Shown here: positions 37,940-49,863 of the stretch, one piece after another
How positions within the stretch are numbered: position 1 is the first letter of the stretch
Layout of the letters: the number at the start of each line of letters is the position of its first letter
Source of the DNA: Pseudovirgaria hyperparasitica
Lineage: Eukaryota
Length of the DNA: 64,000 nucleotides
Assembly (NCBI GenBank): GCA_010093815.1
Contig: ML996565.1
Direction: 5' to 3' (one strand)
The notes under the pieces: generated by a model
Seen by the model: only the letters and a program-made list of their open reading frames with translations
Database searches by the model: none
Told to the model about the DNA's origin: nothing
Translations under genes and position numbers: made by a program

Positions 37940-40900
37940 ATGGCGTCGACCGCTAATCAGGGCCCGATCGCCCACAACAACGATCCATTCGTATCAAATC
38001 CGACAGACACCCATAGGCATCGCTACGCTGCATTCGATGCTAGCTCATTTTCCCTCTATACGAACGGGTCGACCTCACAGGCGAAACGCGCCTTGGAGGC
38101 ACATCTGGCTGAAACTGAGAGGAGACTTCAAGAAACATCACAACTTGGTACCGTGCTGGTACAGCAACGGAAGGAACTTGGTGACAGATTGAAAGAGGTA
38201 GAGCAGCAAGCAGATGAGAATGAGATTGGACCCGAGCTACGCAAGAAGCTTGTTGAACTTGAACGCGAGTGCAATGAAGTTAGCAAAGATACCGCTCGAA
38301 CTTTTGTGCCCAAGTCCAGAGTTCCAAGTGGCGAGACGGATGCACATACTGGGGGTGCCACTGTATTTTCCAACGACGCCACCCCATCCCCTTCGAAAAT
38401 AACGGCACCATCGTCACGAAAGCAACGGAATCAGCATGCCAGTCGGGTTCATGATATCAAGCTTGCGACTGAGATAAGTAGTTCGCTACTACAGCAGCTC
38501 AGGGAGTTGCAGGCTGTTCTTGCAGAGAAAGATGACACTCTCCGGACCATCGATACAGAGAAGTCCAAGCTTGAGGTTGAAGTTGAAGGTCTCAACCAAC
38601 GACTACGGGCCATGGATGAAAGCGAACAACGATACAAGGACGAAAACTGGAGTCTTGAGACACAGGTGCATGACTACATCACGACTTCGAAAGAATCTGC
38701 CGATCGCGAACAAAGGCTCTCCCTGACACTGAATTCAATCAAATCAGAGAAATCATCTCTGGAGCGAGAATTAGAAGAATTGAAACAAGCTCATTCCAAA
38801 CTTTTTGACGACCAGCATTCGTCGCGGAAACAACACGAATCGGAGTTGACAACTCTGCGACGCAATGTGTCAGTCGGCGAGTCTGAGCGCCTTGCTTTAC
38901 AGCGCAAGATTGAGGAGCTGACGAGTCAAAATCAAGAACTTGCGCGAGCAGTCTCGTATAGGCTAAGAGCAGACGAACAAGCAGCTGGCAGAGATTCAAC
39001 ATCCGAGACGGAGGATGTGGATGTAGAACACACTACACCTGATCATTCCCCGCCTCCGTCCCCAAGCAAAGCCACTCCTCGGCACGGCCAGCTGGAACAT
39101 GAGACTTTGAAGAGCTCCCTATCACACGCCCACCGCATGATCCAACAGCTCAAGAACAATATTCATCGGGAGAAGACCGAGAAAATGGAACTGAAGCGTT
39201 TATTACAAGGCACGCGAGATGAACTTGACCAGAGGACGGCGACCGACAGTGCCAGCAAAAGACGAAAAGGCAAAGACGCTGAGGTGTTCAAGAAACCCGC
39301 CCGTCCCGATCGCCTGGGTGTACAAAGAAATAGCAGAGAGGAGATCTACGTCGATGAGCCAGATTGGGAAGATCACGATGGTCAAGATTCGCCAACCCGA
39401 CGAAGAGTCTCCAAGACTATGGCTGGAACATATCCATCCACTGACACAGGTACTGACGCCTTCGAGACAGCCACTGAAACGTCGGATGAGTTCGAGACAG
39501 CCAACGAACTCGAAGGCGCGGCTACCGAAACTGATGCCTTTCACACTGGAGCGGAGACTCTTGATGGAGACAGTAGCGATGATTTGACCGAGACAGAGGG
39601 CACGACTACCGCAGGTACTGTACGCCATAAAAGACCTGGCGCCGCTCCTCTTACATCTGGACGCCCTGGCGATAGGAGCTCATACATGAGCACAGCTTCG
39701 ACATCCGCAGATGAACCTGACCAATATTCAGAAGTCAAGACTCCTGTCCAATCCACTCAACCCAAATACCGGCTTAAGATAAATCGCCGTGGTTCGCGAA
39801 AAACCACACCGAACAGGTCCAGTGATGACGCAGTCAACAGCCCTGCGAGTTTCAAAGATTCTCCTGCCAGCTTTATCAGTACTGGCAGTCAACAGGGTGC
39901 ACCCGCTGGACAAAGCCTGTTTGCTGAACTAGGGGACCTGAGCGCCGAGGAAAGTGAAGACGACGATGTCCTAGGTCCAGATGCAACCCCAAGCCGCTCC
40001 ACAATCATTTCCCCAGAATCTTCTCAGGAGAATTTGAGAAAGTCCGTAGTTGAGACAAGCCGGTCCGCCAGCGTGGCGCCAAAAGTGGCTATGGTGGACT
40101 CTGCGATGATGACCGACTCTGGGGAGACTGAAAGGGGTGGTATCATATCCAACGCTACTAGTGCTGTAGGCGCAGCTATTGCTGGGGGAGTCGGGTTCGC
40201 TCTAGGACGAGGCTCTGAAAACAAGACTGAGGATGCATCTCGCGTGATGGAGCCCATAATGGCAGATCAAGAAGAGATAGTTGTGCTAGACATGGAGCCC
40301 ACCGCTTTGAGGATCTCCTCGATCAGTTCTCAGAGTTCTAAGCCATTGGCTCCAGTTGTGCATCCTAATGCAGCTCTACAACACACAATCTCAAACGTTC
40401 GATCCCTCCAGACCGAGCCTATCGAGGCGCCAAAGACACAACCATCTCCACTAGGGATATCTCAGGTATCAGCAGGTCAGCAAATCGAGCCTACAGCCAC
40501 TAAATCTGTTCCACTCGGAATGTCATCTATACAACCATATCATGAATCTGCTCCATCGCAGCAGAGCGAGAGGTTCCTACCACCAAGTCCTGTGAATCAC
40601 AATGCGCCGCAAACAGACGGTATTGAAGAATCCCGGTCCATGGCTATTTCTTCAGTTCACACCATGTCAGAAGTGCAACCAAGAGCGAATCCAGCCGTTG
40701 AACTACCAGCTGCCAGCCAGAACAGTGCAAACGTGGGCCCTGTTGCAGTTCCCATCGAATTCATCGACAAGCCATCTTTATCCTTTTCGACTATTGCTTC
40801 ACAGCACGTTGAACCTGTCAATTCTACTCGGTCATCTAAGGTCATTAGCGGCGGGGCTACTACTACTTCAGTTGTGGGCGTTGGTACTGCTGGGGCCCTG

Positions 40901-42862
40901 TTAGGTGCTGCAGCTACTTCTGAAAAGGCTACCGAATCTGAATCCGAGCCATCGGCTGAACCCAAGTCAGCAGGTGGATATCTGGGCTCGATGCTTAGAT
41001 GGCGCACATCTCAACGAGATCCGGAGGCTGCCGGAGACATGACAAAAGAGTCACTGCAACAGGATGACGCTTCACCCAGAGTAGACTACGAGGAGATCCC
41101 CTCACATGACCGTGAACCATTCAAGGTTCGGAACGTCAATGCGGGTTCCAAGGGTCAAAGTGGAAACAGCGATCCTCTGCCAAGCTCCAAAATTCAATCT
41201 ATCATCATGTCGGACGAGGAGACGCAGACGTCCCTTTCTGCTCAGGAGATCGACAAGATGCTAAAGGTTAAGCAAATGCCTCCATCAGTCATCGTACCAA
41301 GTCCGCCATCGAAGACTCTCACGACACATGTACGATCAAACAGCTCCAGCCCCCGAAAGTCTTACCCACCAACCAGTCTCGTGGTTGACACTGGTAAGAC
41401 ACAACCACGGAGACCAGGCAGCGCGGGCAGTCTGCGGAGCCGGGCCGCCACACCCCCTCCACTACCACCGGACCATAAAGAGGTCATCGCCGCGGCGCGC
41501 ACTTCTATTGCAGGTGCGTCAATGGGACCACCTACGATGCCAGCATCGGCGTACAAGAAAGAGCAGGTTCGGCCTCGTACACCCAATGTTCAAATGGGGA
41601 TTCCAAGCACTGTCACTTCCCCCTCTCGCTCAGGAACTACACCCCGTGCGAGAGCACCGACAATTCGAAGCGAGCTTTCCGTCCCAAGCACCCGTCGTTC
41701 ATCGATCTCTTCGTTTGCCTCGGAAATCGACCAACGATTCAATATTCCCCGCGCGACCCTCGGTGACCACTTTGACCCGAATACTACCGACCCCCGCATG
41801 ATTCAAGCAATCACTCAGACTATGATTGGTGAGTATTTATGGAAGTATACTCGAAAAGCTGGTAGAGGCGAAATGTCAGAGAAGCGGCATAGGCGTTTCT
41901 TTTGGGTGCATCCATACACACGTACTCTATACTGGAGCGAACAAGATCCTTCTACAGCTGGAAGGGCTCAGCTAAAGGCCAAGAGTGTCGCGATTGAGGC
42001 GGTACAGGTTGTGACGGATGACAATCCGATGCCTCCAGGCCTTCATCGGAAAAGCATAATCGTCATTACTCCTGGCAGAAGTGTTAAATTTACAGCTACG
42101 ACGGGCCAGAGGCATGAGACGTGGTTCAATGCACTTTCGTACCTTTTGCTGCGTACGAACGCCGAACGTGCGGATGAAGACGACAACATCACAGCTGAGG
42201 ACATCAATGAGTTCAACCCAGGCTATACGCGTAGTCCATCTCGACAAACAGGTCGATCGCGAGTGTCGATGGCTTCTTCGCATACAAATGGAAACCGGAA
42301 CCTGTCACCATCTCGAGCTCAGTACCCTACCTTGACTTCGAGGGGTGCGCCTGGCACCCAAAGAGTAACGAGTGCTCAGAGTGGCTCACAGGTCCCCCAG
42401 AATTCAGTGTCGAGTCGCTTCAGCAGTATCAGTGGCATATTCAGGCCTGGTTCTGGAATGCGAGGATCATTTGCCGGGCGGCGAAGTCGAAGCAGTGTGC
42501 GAGATTCATCTCTGTACGATGCAACTACAGTTCATGACTCAGCGGAGGATCTGCGACAGGTTATAGAGCAACAAGAACGGGATGCGGATAGGCTAGAGAA
42601 TGTGAGGGCGTGTTGCGATGGTAAGTACTGCATCTGAGGGTCACATCAGATGTTATTTGTTTTCAAGTACTAAATCAGGACCAAAGGTAAACACGACGTA
42701 GGCTCACTCTCTCGGAACGGGCGGCACTCCAGTGCTCAGGGCAGACATACTTCTTTCAGCTCTATGACACGAAGTATGCGCGGCCGCTCTGCTCAGCCTG
42801 ACTCGAGCCTTAGTAATCATCCTGAGAACGGGGAGGCGAGCGGGCATCACCACCACCATTAA
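37940..42862 (+). CDS. apsA: Cortical dynein anchor / nuclear migration protein ApsA (Num1/Mcp5 family); intron 42621-42686
   Basis: N-terminal coiled coil (HRMIQQLKNNIHREKTEK) and C-terminal PH domain (QAITQTMIGEYLWKYTRK..HRRFFWVHPYTRTLYWS). The spliced end reads RLENVRACCDG|KHDVGSLS. Confidence 0.93.
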
Positions 42863-45616
42863 GGACCTATCTCGAACCTATAATTTCCTATGCGTAATCT
42901 CTTTTGTAGAGCGATATATCAATATCCTTAGCCGGTTTAAGCTATAGCCCCTATCTACTCTTTCTCGTCTCTGTCTGAGCGGATGAAGTCTCCTTTGAAT
43001 GTTGTACGCCTCCTTGGTACCGCTCTCTAACATTTCCTTGCTTCTGTGCTCTGGCAATGCATTGCATTACTTCTCTTATGTCAGTACGCCTTTCCTATCA
43101 TCTTTCAGTAGCTCAGCGTAGCATCTTATTGGCCTGGTTGGAGCGTTTGTAATATTTTTGCTACGTATCAAAGGGCGAAAGAAGGCTTACGCACGGTGTT
43201 TGGTAGCTGGAGAACATGAGTGTGATGTTTCCCGGTGTGTTGTGTTTGTTATGGAGATACTGTCGATGCGTGATTGTCTCGTGAACGGTGTGTGATATGC
43301 TACATGCTGCGTTCTCCATACTTATGGGGATGTCCTGCGGCTTGCGCTTTAACGTCCGTCCTTACGTTGTATCCCGTAATCGTTTTCAGGTGAAGTCACC
43401 AGCCATGATCCTGTTCATCTTGCCATGCAGTCGACGCGTACTTGAGTTATACGTGGTGGTACGGAGACGACGATCCAAACCTCCCGCCCGCGGGCATTTC
43501 TGATAGTCTTACCTTCGTCGCTTGGCAGTTCGGGCCATTCGGAGATTCCTCGATCTCATCTAGCTAGCATCATTCATCTCGGTCATGATTATCATGCCCT
43601 TTCACTATTATCTACTCTCTTCAATGACTGAAGAACAAAATGCAAGGACACAAAGAGGGTCTGTAGTCGTCTACAACCTGATGACGTCGCTCATTTCAAC
43701 GACTGCACGGAACCCGCTGATGCCATCGAGTTGTAGAGCACTTTCACGTCTGATCTTATATCGATCCACATACTCGGCGGGCATCCTTGAACGATTTTGA
43801 AATATATTATACAGTCCTCATCTCTTGGCAGGGCATACGCGATAAGGCGTATGCTTACTGCTATTTGCGGAGCTGTTTGCGTCACTATAATTCCCAGTGC
43901 AGCATACGAGACATCGGAATGGGTAATCATCCGGCTAAGTGCCAAATGATCTCTCATCAGGCAACACCTATCCTGATGGACCCTACTTACCGTACAGCTA
44001 CAATTGCGGGTACCGATCTCTGCTATCGACATGGACAATGCGCCACAAATCTGTCGCTTACCACCCTGAAAGAATTGGCTTTGCTGAATGAGTATTTGCA
44101 AGGTGTCTCTTAACCAAATCGTACGAACCTTTTCACGGTTGCTGACCTCATATTTCCATGCTTAGCAAGCAAGACTTGCCTTTCCTCAGCTTCAGGCACA
44201 CCGATACATGACTACGTCTCGCACGACAGCTGAGCAGTCTGTTAATCTGCTCGATACTTCAGTGTGTCGCAGCGTCGAGTGCCCTGGACCATATATAGGA
44301 ATCCTTCTTGGCATTTCCAGAAGACTCCTTGTAAATAACGCTGATCCGACGTCACAATATGTTGGACAATAATATGCCAGGCAGGCATATTCGCCTTGTG
44401 GACATCGCAAACTCGTTGGAAACAAATTTGAAGGAATGATCATGATGGTATATCCTCCGCACGGAAACTTTCCTTCTGTGAGCCGCGCGGAACCTTAACG
44501 AACAACGGGACGCATAGTCCAACAGCTCCATGTCCTGCATCCCGCGTGCAGCTGCGGTTCGACTAACAACTGCATACACAGCGTGCTTACCTCCACCGTA
44601 GCCAAGGCGTACTTCTGATAAGCTGTTCGAGGCGGAATAAGCATCGTGACAGCCCAGCGTCTCCTAGAGCGTCCGAGGAGCGATGTATAGCAGTCTATCT
44701 ATATCGATGGAAGTTGTGGTCCTCGAATTGCACACGACACGGATAACCATGGGGCAAGCTGAGAGTTCGACTCTCAGTCCCACTCGTCAAAGTCGTCGAC
44801 CTTATCTGAACCGCGAAGGATGCGTCTGACAACCATCCTCGATCACAGCCCATCAGGATGGAGGATACACAGAGCCCCCACATTATGGCATTTTTCATGA
44901 CCCGGTGAGATGACGATGCAAGGGCAACAGGGCCAAGGATTGTCGGAATGTCGATCATCTGTGGAATCCTAAATAGTAAAGCCCGAGGCCTGCCAAGAGC
45001 GCCCACTGTGCCAACCCCTAGCACGTTGACCTTGTTGGAAGTTCGTGCACCATCGAGTATAATCTTCCAAACATGCGGAAGATCGCAGCCAGTCGACGCC
45101 ACTGAGGTCTTAAGGCTCGCGCACACCATGCTCAAGTTTGACGACCATTCCTGTTATCCACACTATCGCCCAATCATGTCCACTCATGCATTCTGCCTTC
45201 GGTGTGGGATCAATCAAATTGTATCGTTGAAACATTCCATGCTCGGGTGTACCTGAAAAAGAACGAATATCATCTCGCAACCATGGACACTTTGCCCGAG
45301 AGAGTACGTGTGTTATCAGAGGTTGGTACTATATCTACTTTTGGCAGATTTTTGCATATTGAAGGCCTGTCTTATCATTACATGGGTAGTACATCATCCT
45401 TGGTGTTCTTTGTATATCAGTCACGTCTGTCTCCTCCGTTTCGTGTCTCTGTCCAGTCCACTTCCAATCCGCTTTCAATCCATTTCCATTATCCAAATCT
45501 GCCACAGGTCGGCACCTCTCTTGATCAACTCGCTGGCGAAAAATCACACAAACACAAAACCAAATAGCACAACTTTGCTCCAAATCTTTTCTTGTCTCAT
45601 ATCCTCTCGTCAAAAA

Positions 45617-46195
45617 ATGGTCCAGCTTTCAAACCTTCTAGTGGGCTTGACCTTGGCCTCGATGGCTGTCGCCCTTCCTGCCGCAAACATGGACATTGCC
45701 CCGGCGGCTAACTATCGAAGACTTCCACAACCTGAGCACGATGCTGCTTGGGAAGCAACCCTTGTGAAGAAGCATGGCGGTCCAGGCCATCACGACGGCC
45801 CTCCAAAACCAGACCCAAGCTCTTCATGGGGGCACGGGAAGAACGAGAAGCGTCATGGTGGTAGGCCAGAGCACAACAGCCACCCGGGAGCACCTTCGCC
45901 TACAGATGGATACCATCATGGACATCTAAACAAGCGCCACGGAGGTCACGACGGACATTACCCACCTGGTGCCCCTCATCCCACAGGCAGCCCGCACCAT
46001 GAAGGGCAGTACGGAAGAAACTCTTTCATGAAGCGGCACGGACCTCATCACAACGGCCCCTGGCGCCCATCTCCTACCGGGTATGTGGCTCGCCATGAAG
46101 AACACAAGCCCCATCACCCAAAACCGACCGGGGGCTACGAGCCCCACCCAGGTCATGGCGACTGGCATGTGCCCCAACCCAAGCAGAAGGACTAA
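45617..46195 (+). CDS. Secreted His/Gly/Pro-rich Kex2-processed repeat protein (KEP-type peptide precursor), 192 aa
   Basis: ATG in CAAAAAATGG context and a hydrophobic signal peptide MVQLSNLLVGLTLASMAVA-LP. Repeats are separated by KK/KR/KR/KR/R and each starts with His. Confidence 0.85.
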   Translation: MVQLSNLLVGLTLASMAVALPAANMDIAPAANYRRLPQPEHDAAWEATLVKKHGGPGHHDGPPKPDPSSSWGHGKNEKRHGGRPEHNSHPGAPSPTDGYHHGHLNKRHGGHDGHYPPGAPHPTGSPHHEGQYGRNSFMKRHGPHHNGPWRPSPTGYVARHEEHKPHHPKPTGGYEPHPGHGDWHVPQPKQKD

Positions 46196-49100
46196 GACTC
46201 CGGGCCTTTGCCTCATCCAAACTGTCCCTCGCAATTTTCCGGCAACGATGCAAAATGTGTAAAATTCAATCTATACGGCAGCGTCACGCTGCTTGAAATA
46301 TCCTGATAGACTATCTAGGGCATGCATCAAGCGTTGACTGCTGCCACAATCCTTTGAAATGGAGATTCTGTCTCACTTTTACTTTTCTTGGCTGGAGTCC
46401 GTATTGCCTGTATATAGAGTGGAGCTGGATCACATAGGAAGAATTTGTATATGTTTCTCCAACACCCTCCTTCCATTGTTGGCAAGTTGACGTGATATGG
46501 CGGGAGCCCCCGGATGTGAGTGTTGCAGTTAACACTCTCCAATGATGGAACAATGGAATGCCATTCTGAGAGCAGCATGACCACTTTCCCACCACCGCGT
46601 CACCTCATTCATCTCAGCACCTCACAGCGATGCACAACACACACATAACAGCTGTATTTAGACAGACAACCTACCCGCTCCTCAGACCGGCCCCCAACAA
46701 CAACAAGGCACGCAAAACCCAACATACACACCAAACAGACGCCCCCAACCCGCCACCACGGTCTCAGAGATCCCGTCATGCATACGAGCGCCCACGCCCG
46801 CACGCGTACGTATGTGCGGCTCGAGTGGGTCGCTTAGGTCATAGAAGAATCGATCCTGCCTTATGCGCCCGTCAGTGTGGTTCTTTGTTTGCTCTTGCCT
46901 GTTCTTTTACTTCCAACTTGATACACCTGAGGGGGCGTGCAAAGGAATGCAGGTCCGCTGTATAGCGATATTAAGGGGATGGTGTTTGGTAATTAGTATC
47001 GTCGTCGTGTGTGTGGGTTGGCCAAGGACATCTCATCGGGTTACCGAAGTAGGGAAATTTTATGAACCAGGTAGGGGATGATAATGTTTCTGTGGGGCAG
47101 GGCTGGTGAAGCTAGCATGATGAAGTGTCCGTTGTTGGTTGGGGTAGAGCTTTGTCGTTTTGTGTTGATGGGATGAATGATGATTGGGGTCCAGAGGTGT
47201 GGAATGTGTGGGAGTGTGGAATGGGGGCGTCCCGGTGGCGCGTTTCAGGGGCTGCTAGACTGGGATCTGATCAGCTACAGACGGGAGGCCTCGCTCTGGT
47301 GTAAGCAGTAAGCGTATCAGGCTGCGTCGTGTGTGAATGTGGATGTGGATACGGATGTAAACAACCATGGCTGGATGTTTGCAGCTGAAATGATACCTAT
47401 TACCCCCTGCCCTCCAGTGCGCCGAGTGGGAGGAAGATTACGCACCGTACCGCACCGCATCGCGTTGCACTAGCGTTAGTCGGTGCCGGCGCTTGTAATT
47501 AGCTGTCGGACCCACCCGGACGGAACTTATTAGGAGTCCATTTATTGGTGGGACTGGAGTGCTATTGGGCGGGTATATCGTGGCATGCTTGGGCACTTTA
47601 TATCCTAGCTGTTCTACAGACAGATTGATCAGATATTAATGGTGCCGGGTAATTAGCTGAATGTGATATGAGTCCATGAGCAACGTCTTAATATTTAGAC
47701 TTGGTTCGATATGTTCGACCTAGCGTGCCTAGCGAGGCGAGGTCGACTATAGCATTCCAAACGTCATATCTCATAGCTTTGAAGCAATCTAATAAGGACC
47801 GTTGAGGTCGTTGGGCTGGAATGGAATTCATCGAGCATATCTACATTCAGAGAGAGACAAGGGGCTTAGTGTGTACTAACGGATGTTTCGAACAACTGGG
47901 GCCATTGCCTTTCGTTATCATGCTAACAGTGAAGCAGCTCAAGAAGTAGCTTCGGGCTGAGCATTCGAGCAAGGCAATCACACTACACATGAAACTTGGG
48001 AGAGGGATAATTACCAATTTGTCTGTATTGTACACTACGGCGAGCGGTGAAACCACATCCTCCGTGCGGAGGTTCCAAAGTTCAGGACATCGGTCCGGCT
48101 ACTAATATGCAATGAAAACTTTTTCACAGCAGTTTATTACTCGAACTGGCAGAGGGTCCCCACATGCAGACATGCTTTCGCAGTAACTCACGGGCATGAA
48201 TGGACGGGGAAAAGGTAGATGGTATTAACGGGGAAATGTCTGACCCCAAAGATCAGCTCGCTAATTTTACCATAGATAGAACACACTTGGCCGCTTGATT
48301 GCCATCGGAATCGGCCATATCTCATTAACATCATTGCCGACTGGGACACAGCATTATGTACCCAAGCCACGTAGATTATTACTTCACTGATAGTGTGCTC
48401 GTAAAGCCCTTCAAAATGTCGAGCAAGTCGTCTAGAACCCATGTCATATCCTGAGAGCTGAACTCAACCGTGCCTCGCGAACATACCTAAGCGACTTCCG
48501 CACATCAAAGGCAGGGTTCTAAACACATGAGAAGCCTCCCTCAAGAGAACACTACGCAAATCTTTACTTCTAGATCCATCGCCGCCGAACAGAATCCCAT
48601 GGCTCGGGGCTCCGGCCCGCTCAATTACCTATCTATCGTCCCGATCCACCCTGTCTATGCACCACACATTCATTAAGTACGCAGTACTCGGGGATGCGGT
48701 TCTCGCCTGGAAGAATACGCAGTGCAGATATACTGTCCTAGATCGTGATGCATCGCTTGCATCTCAACGTGGTTGAGCCCTGTAGGCGTTCTCGCCAGCT
48801 TGGGCATTATCATTGTACGAGGGGGCAAAATGCTCGGAACCCAAAGTCTGCACATGCGTATACGAGTAATAAGCATTCACAGTCCTGTCAGCAAATACGC
48901 ACATGCAATGAATGCATCATCAACATCGCGATGCACGCCGTGGTACAAATAAACAGGCATGCAAAACCAGACCTCAGCCTCGCCCCTCGGAATCACCCCC
49001 ACTGCAACCTCCCTATCTCATACGAACAACAACTCATCACAAAAACTATATCGATTCCATAGTATCATGGCCCTGCCCAGGAAGCCCCCAGTTCCCACTA

Positions 49101-49863
49101 GCGCACACTAATTTCAGCCTCAAGTCACACAGTGATCGACATCAGCCTGCGATTTGCGTCCGGTTATGCAGTCAGCATACTTTTCTAAATATATATGCTA
49201 GGATATGGTGACGCACGAATGTAGATCGCTAACGTGAGACATATGTTGGAGGAATGTTGTGTCCTAAAGATCTTGTGGAGGAGTAAGAGTTAGTATATTC
49301 TAGTTATGGTTGTCGTGGTGGATGTCTACGTCATGGCTTGTTTTATGGAGCCGTGGTTCAGGGTTTAAGCGTGCAACGCAGTATGGAGGGCACGTGTATC
49401 TTTGGAGAAATCGTGGCTTCTGCGTCTGCTTCTGCTTGTGTTGATCTATCGATCTAGAGATGTGTTTGTGTACAGAGAGTTCTAATGCTGCGATGGCCGG
49501 GGATGACTGAGTCATAGCATCTTTGTGAGATCTTATATCTTAGACAAGATCGAACTCAAAGCGAGGACTGGGCCCATGATGTTACGTCTACATCGTGAAG
49601 GCTTCAGGGCAAAGGCCATAGCGTGGGCAGAACACGCAGGCGCAACGTAGAAGGATACTACCGTTTGTGATGCTCCATATTTCAGGAGATAACGTCGTCT
49701 CAAACCTCGTACTTTCGCGACGGGACATTGTTAATAGTATGCATGATCTTGCAGAGATATGCATGTCAACGTTCGCGACGCCAGACTCCTAATCCCACAT
49801 CCCAAATTTATCCTTGGTATGTTCTCCAGCCCAATAAGGAACCGGGTGTCGTTAACATAGCAA

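Noticed and set aside
43585..45300. Several 70-146 aa ORFs upstream of the peptide precursor as tailoring enzymes
   Set aside because: No recognisable motifs and no consistent splice model.
45308..45616. N-terminal 103 aa of the 295-aa ORF-track call
   Set aside because: It starts at a non-ATG codon; the signal peptide and good start context begin at ATG 45617.
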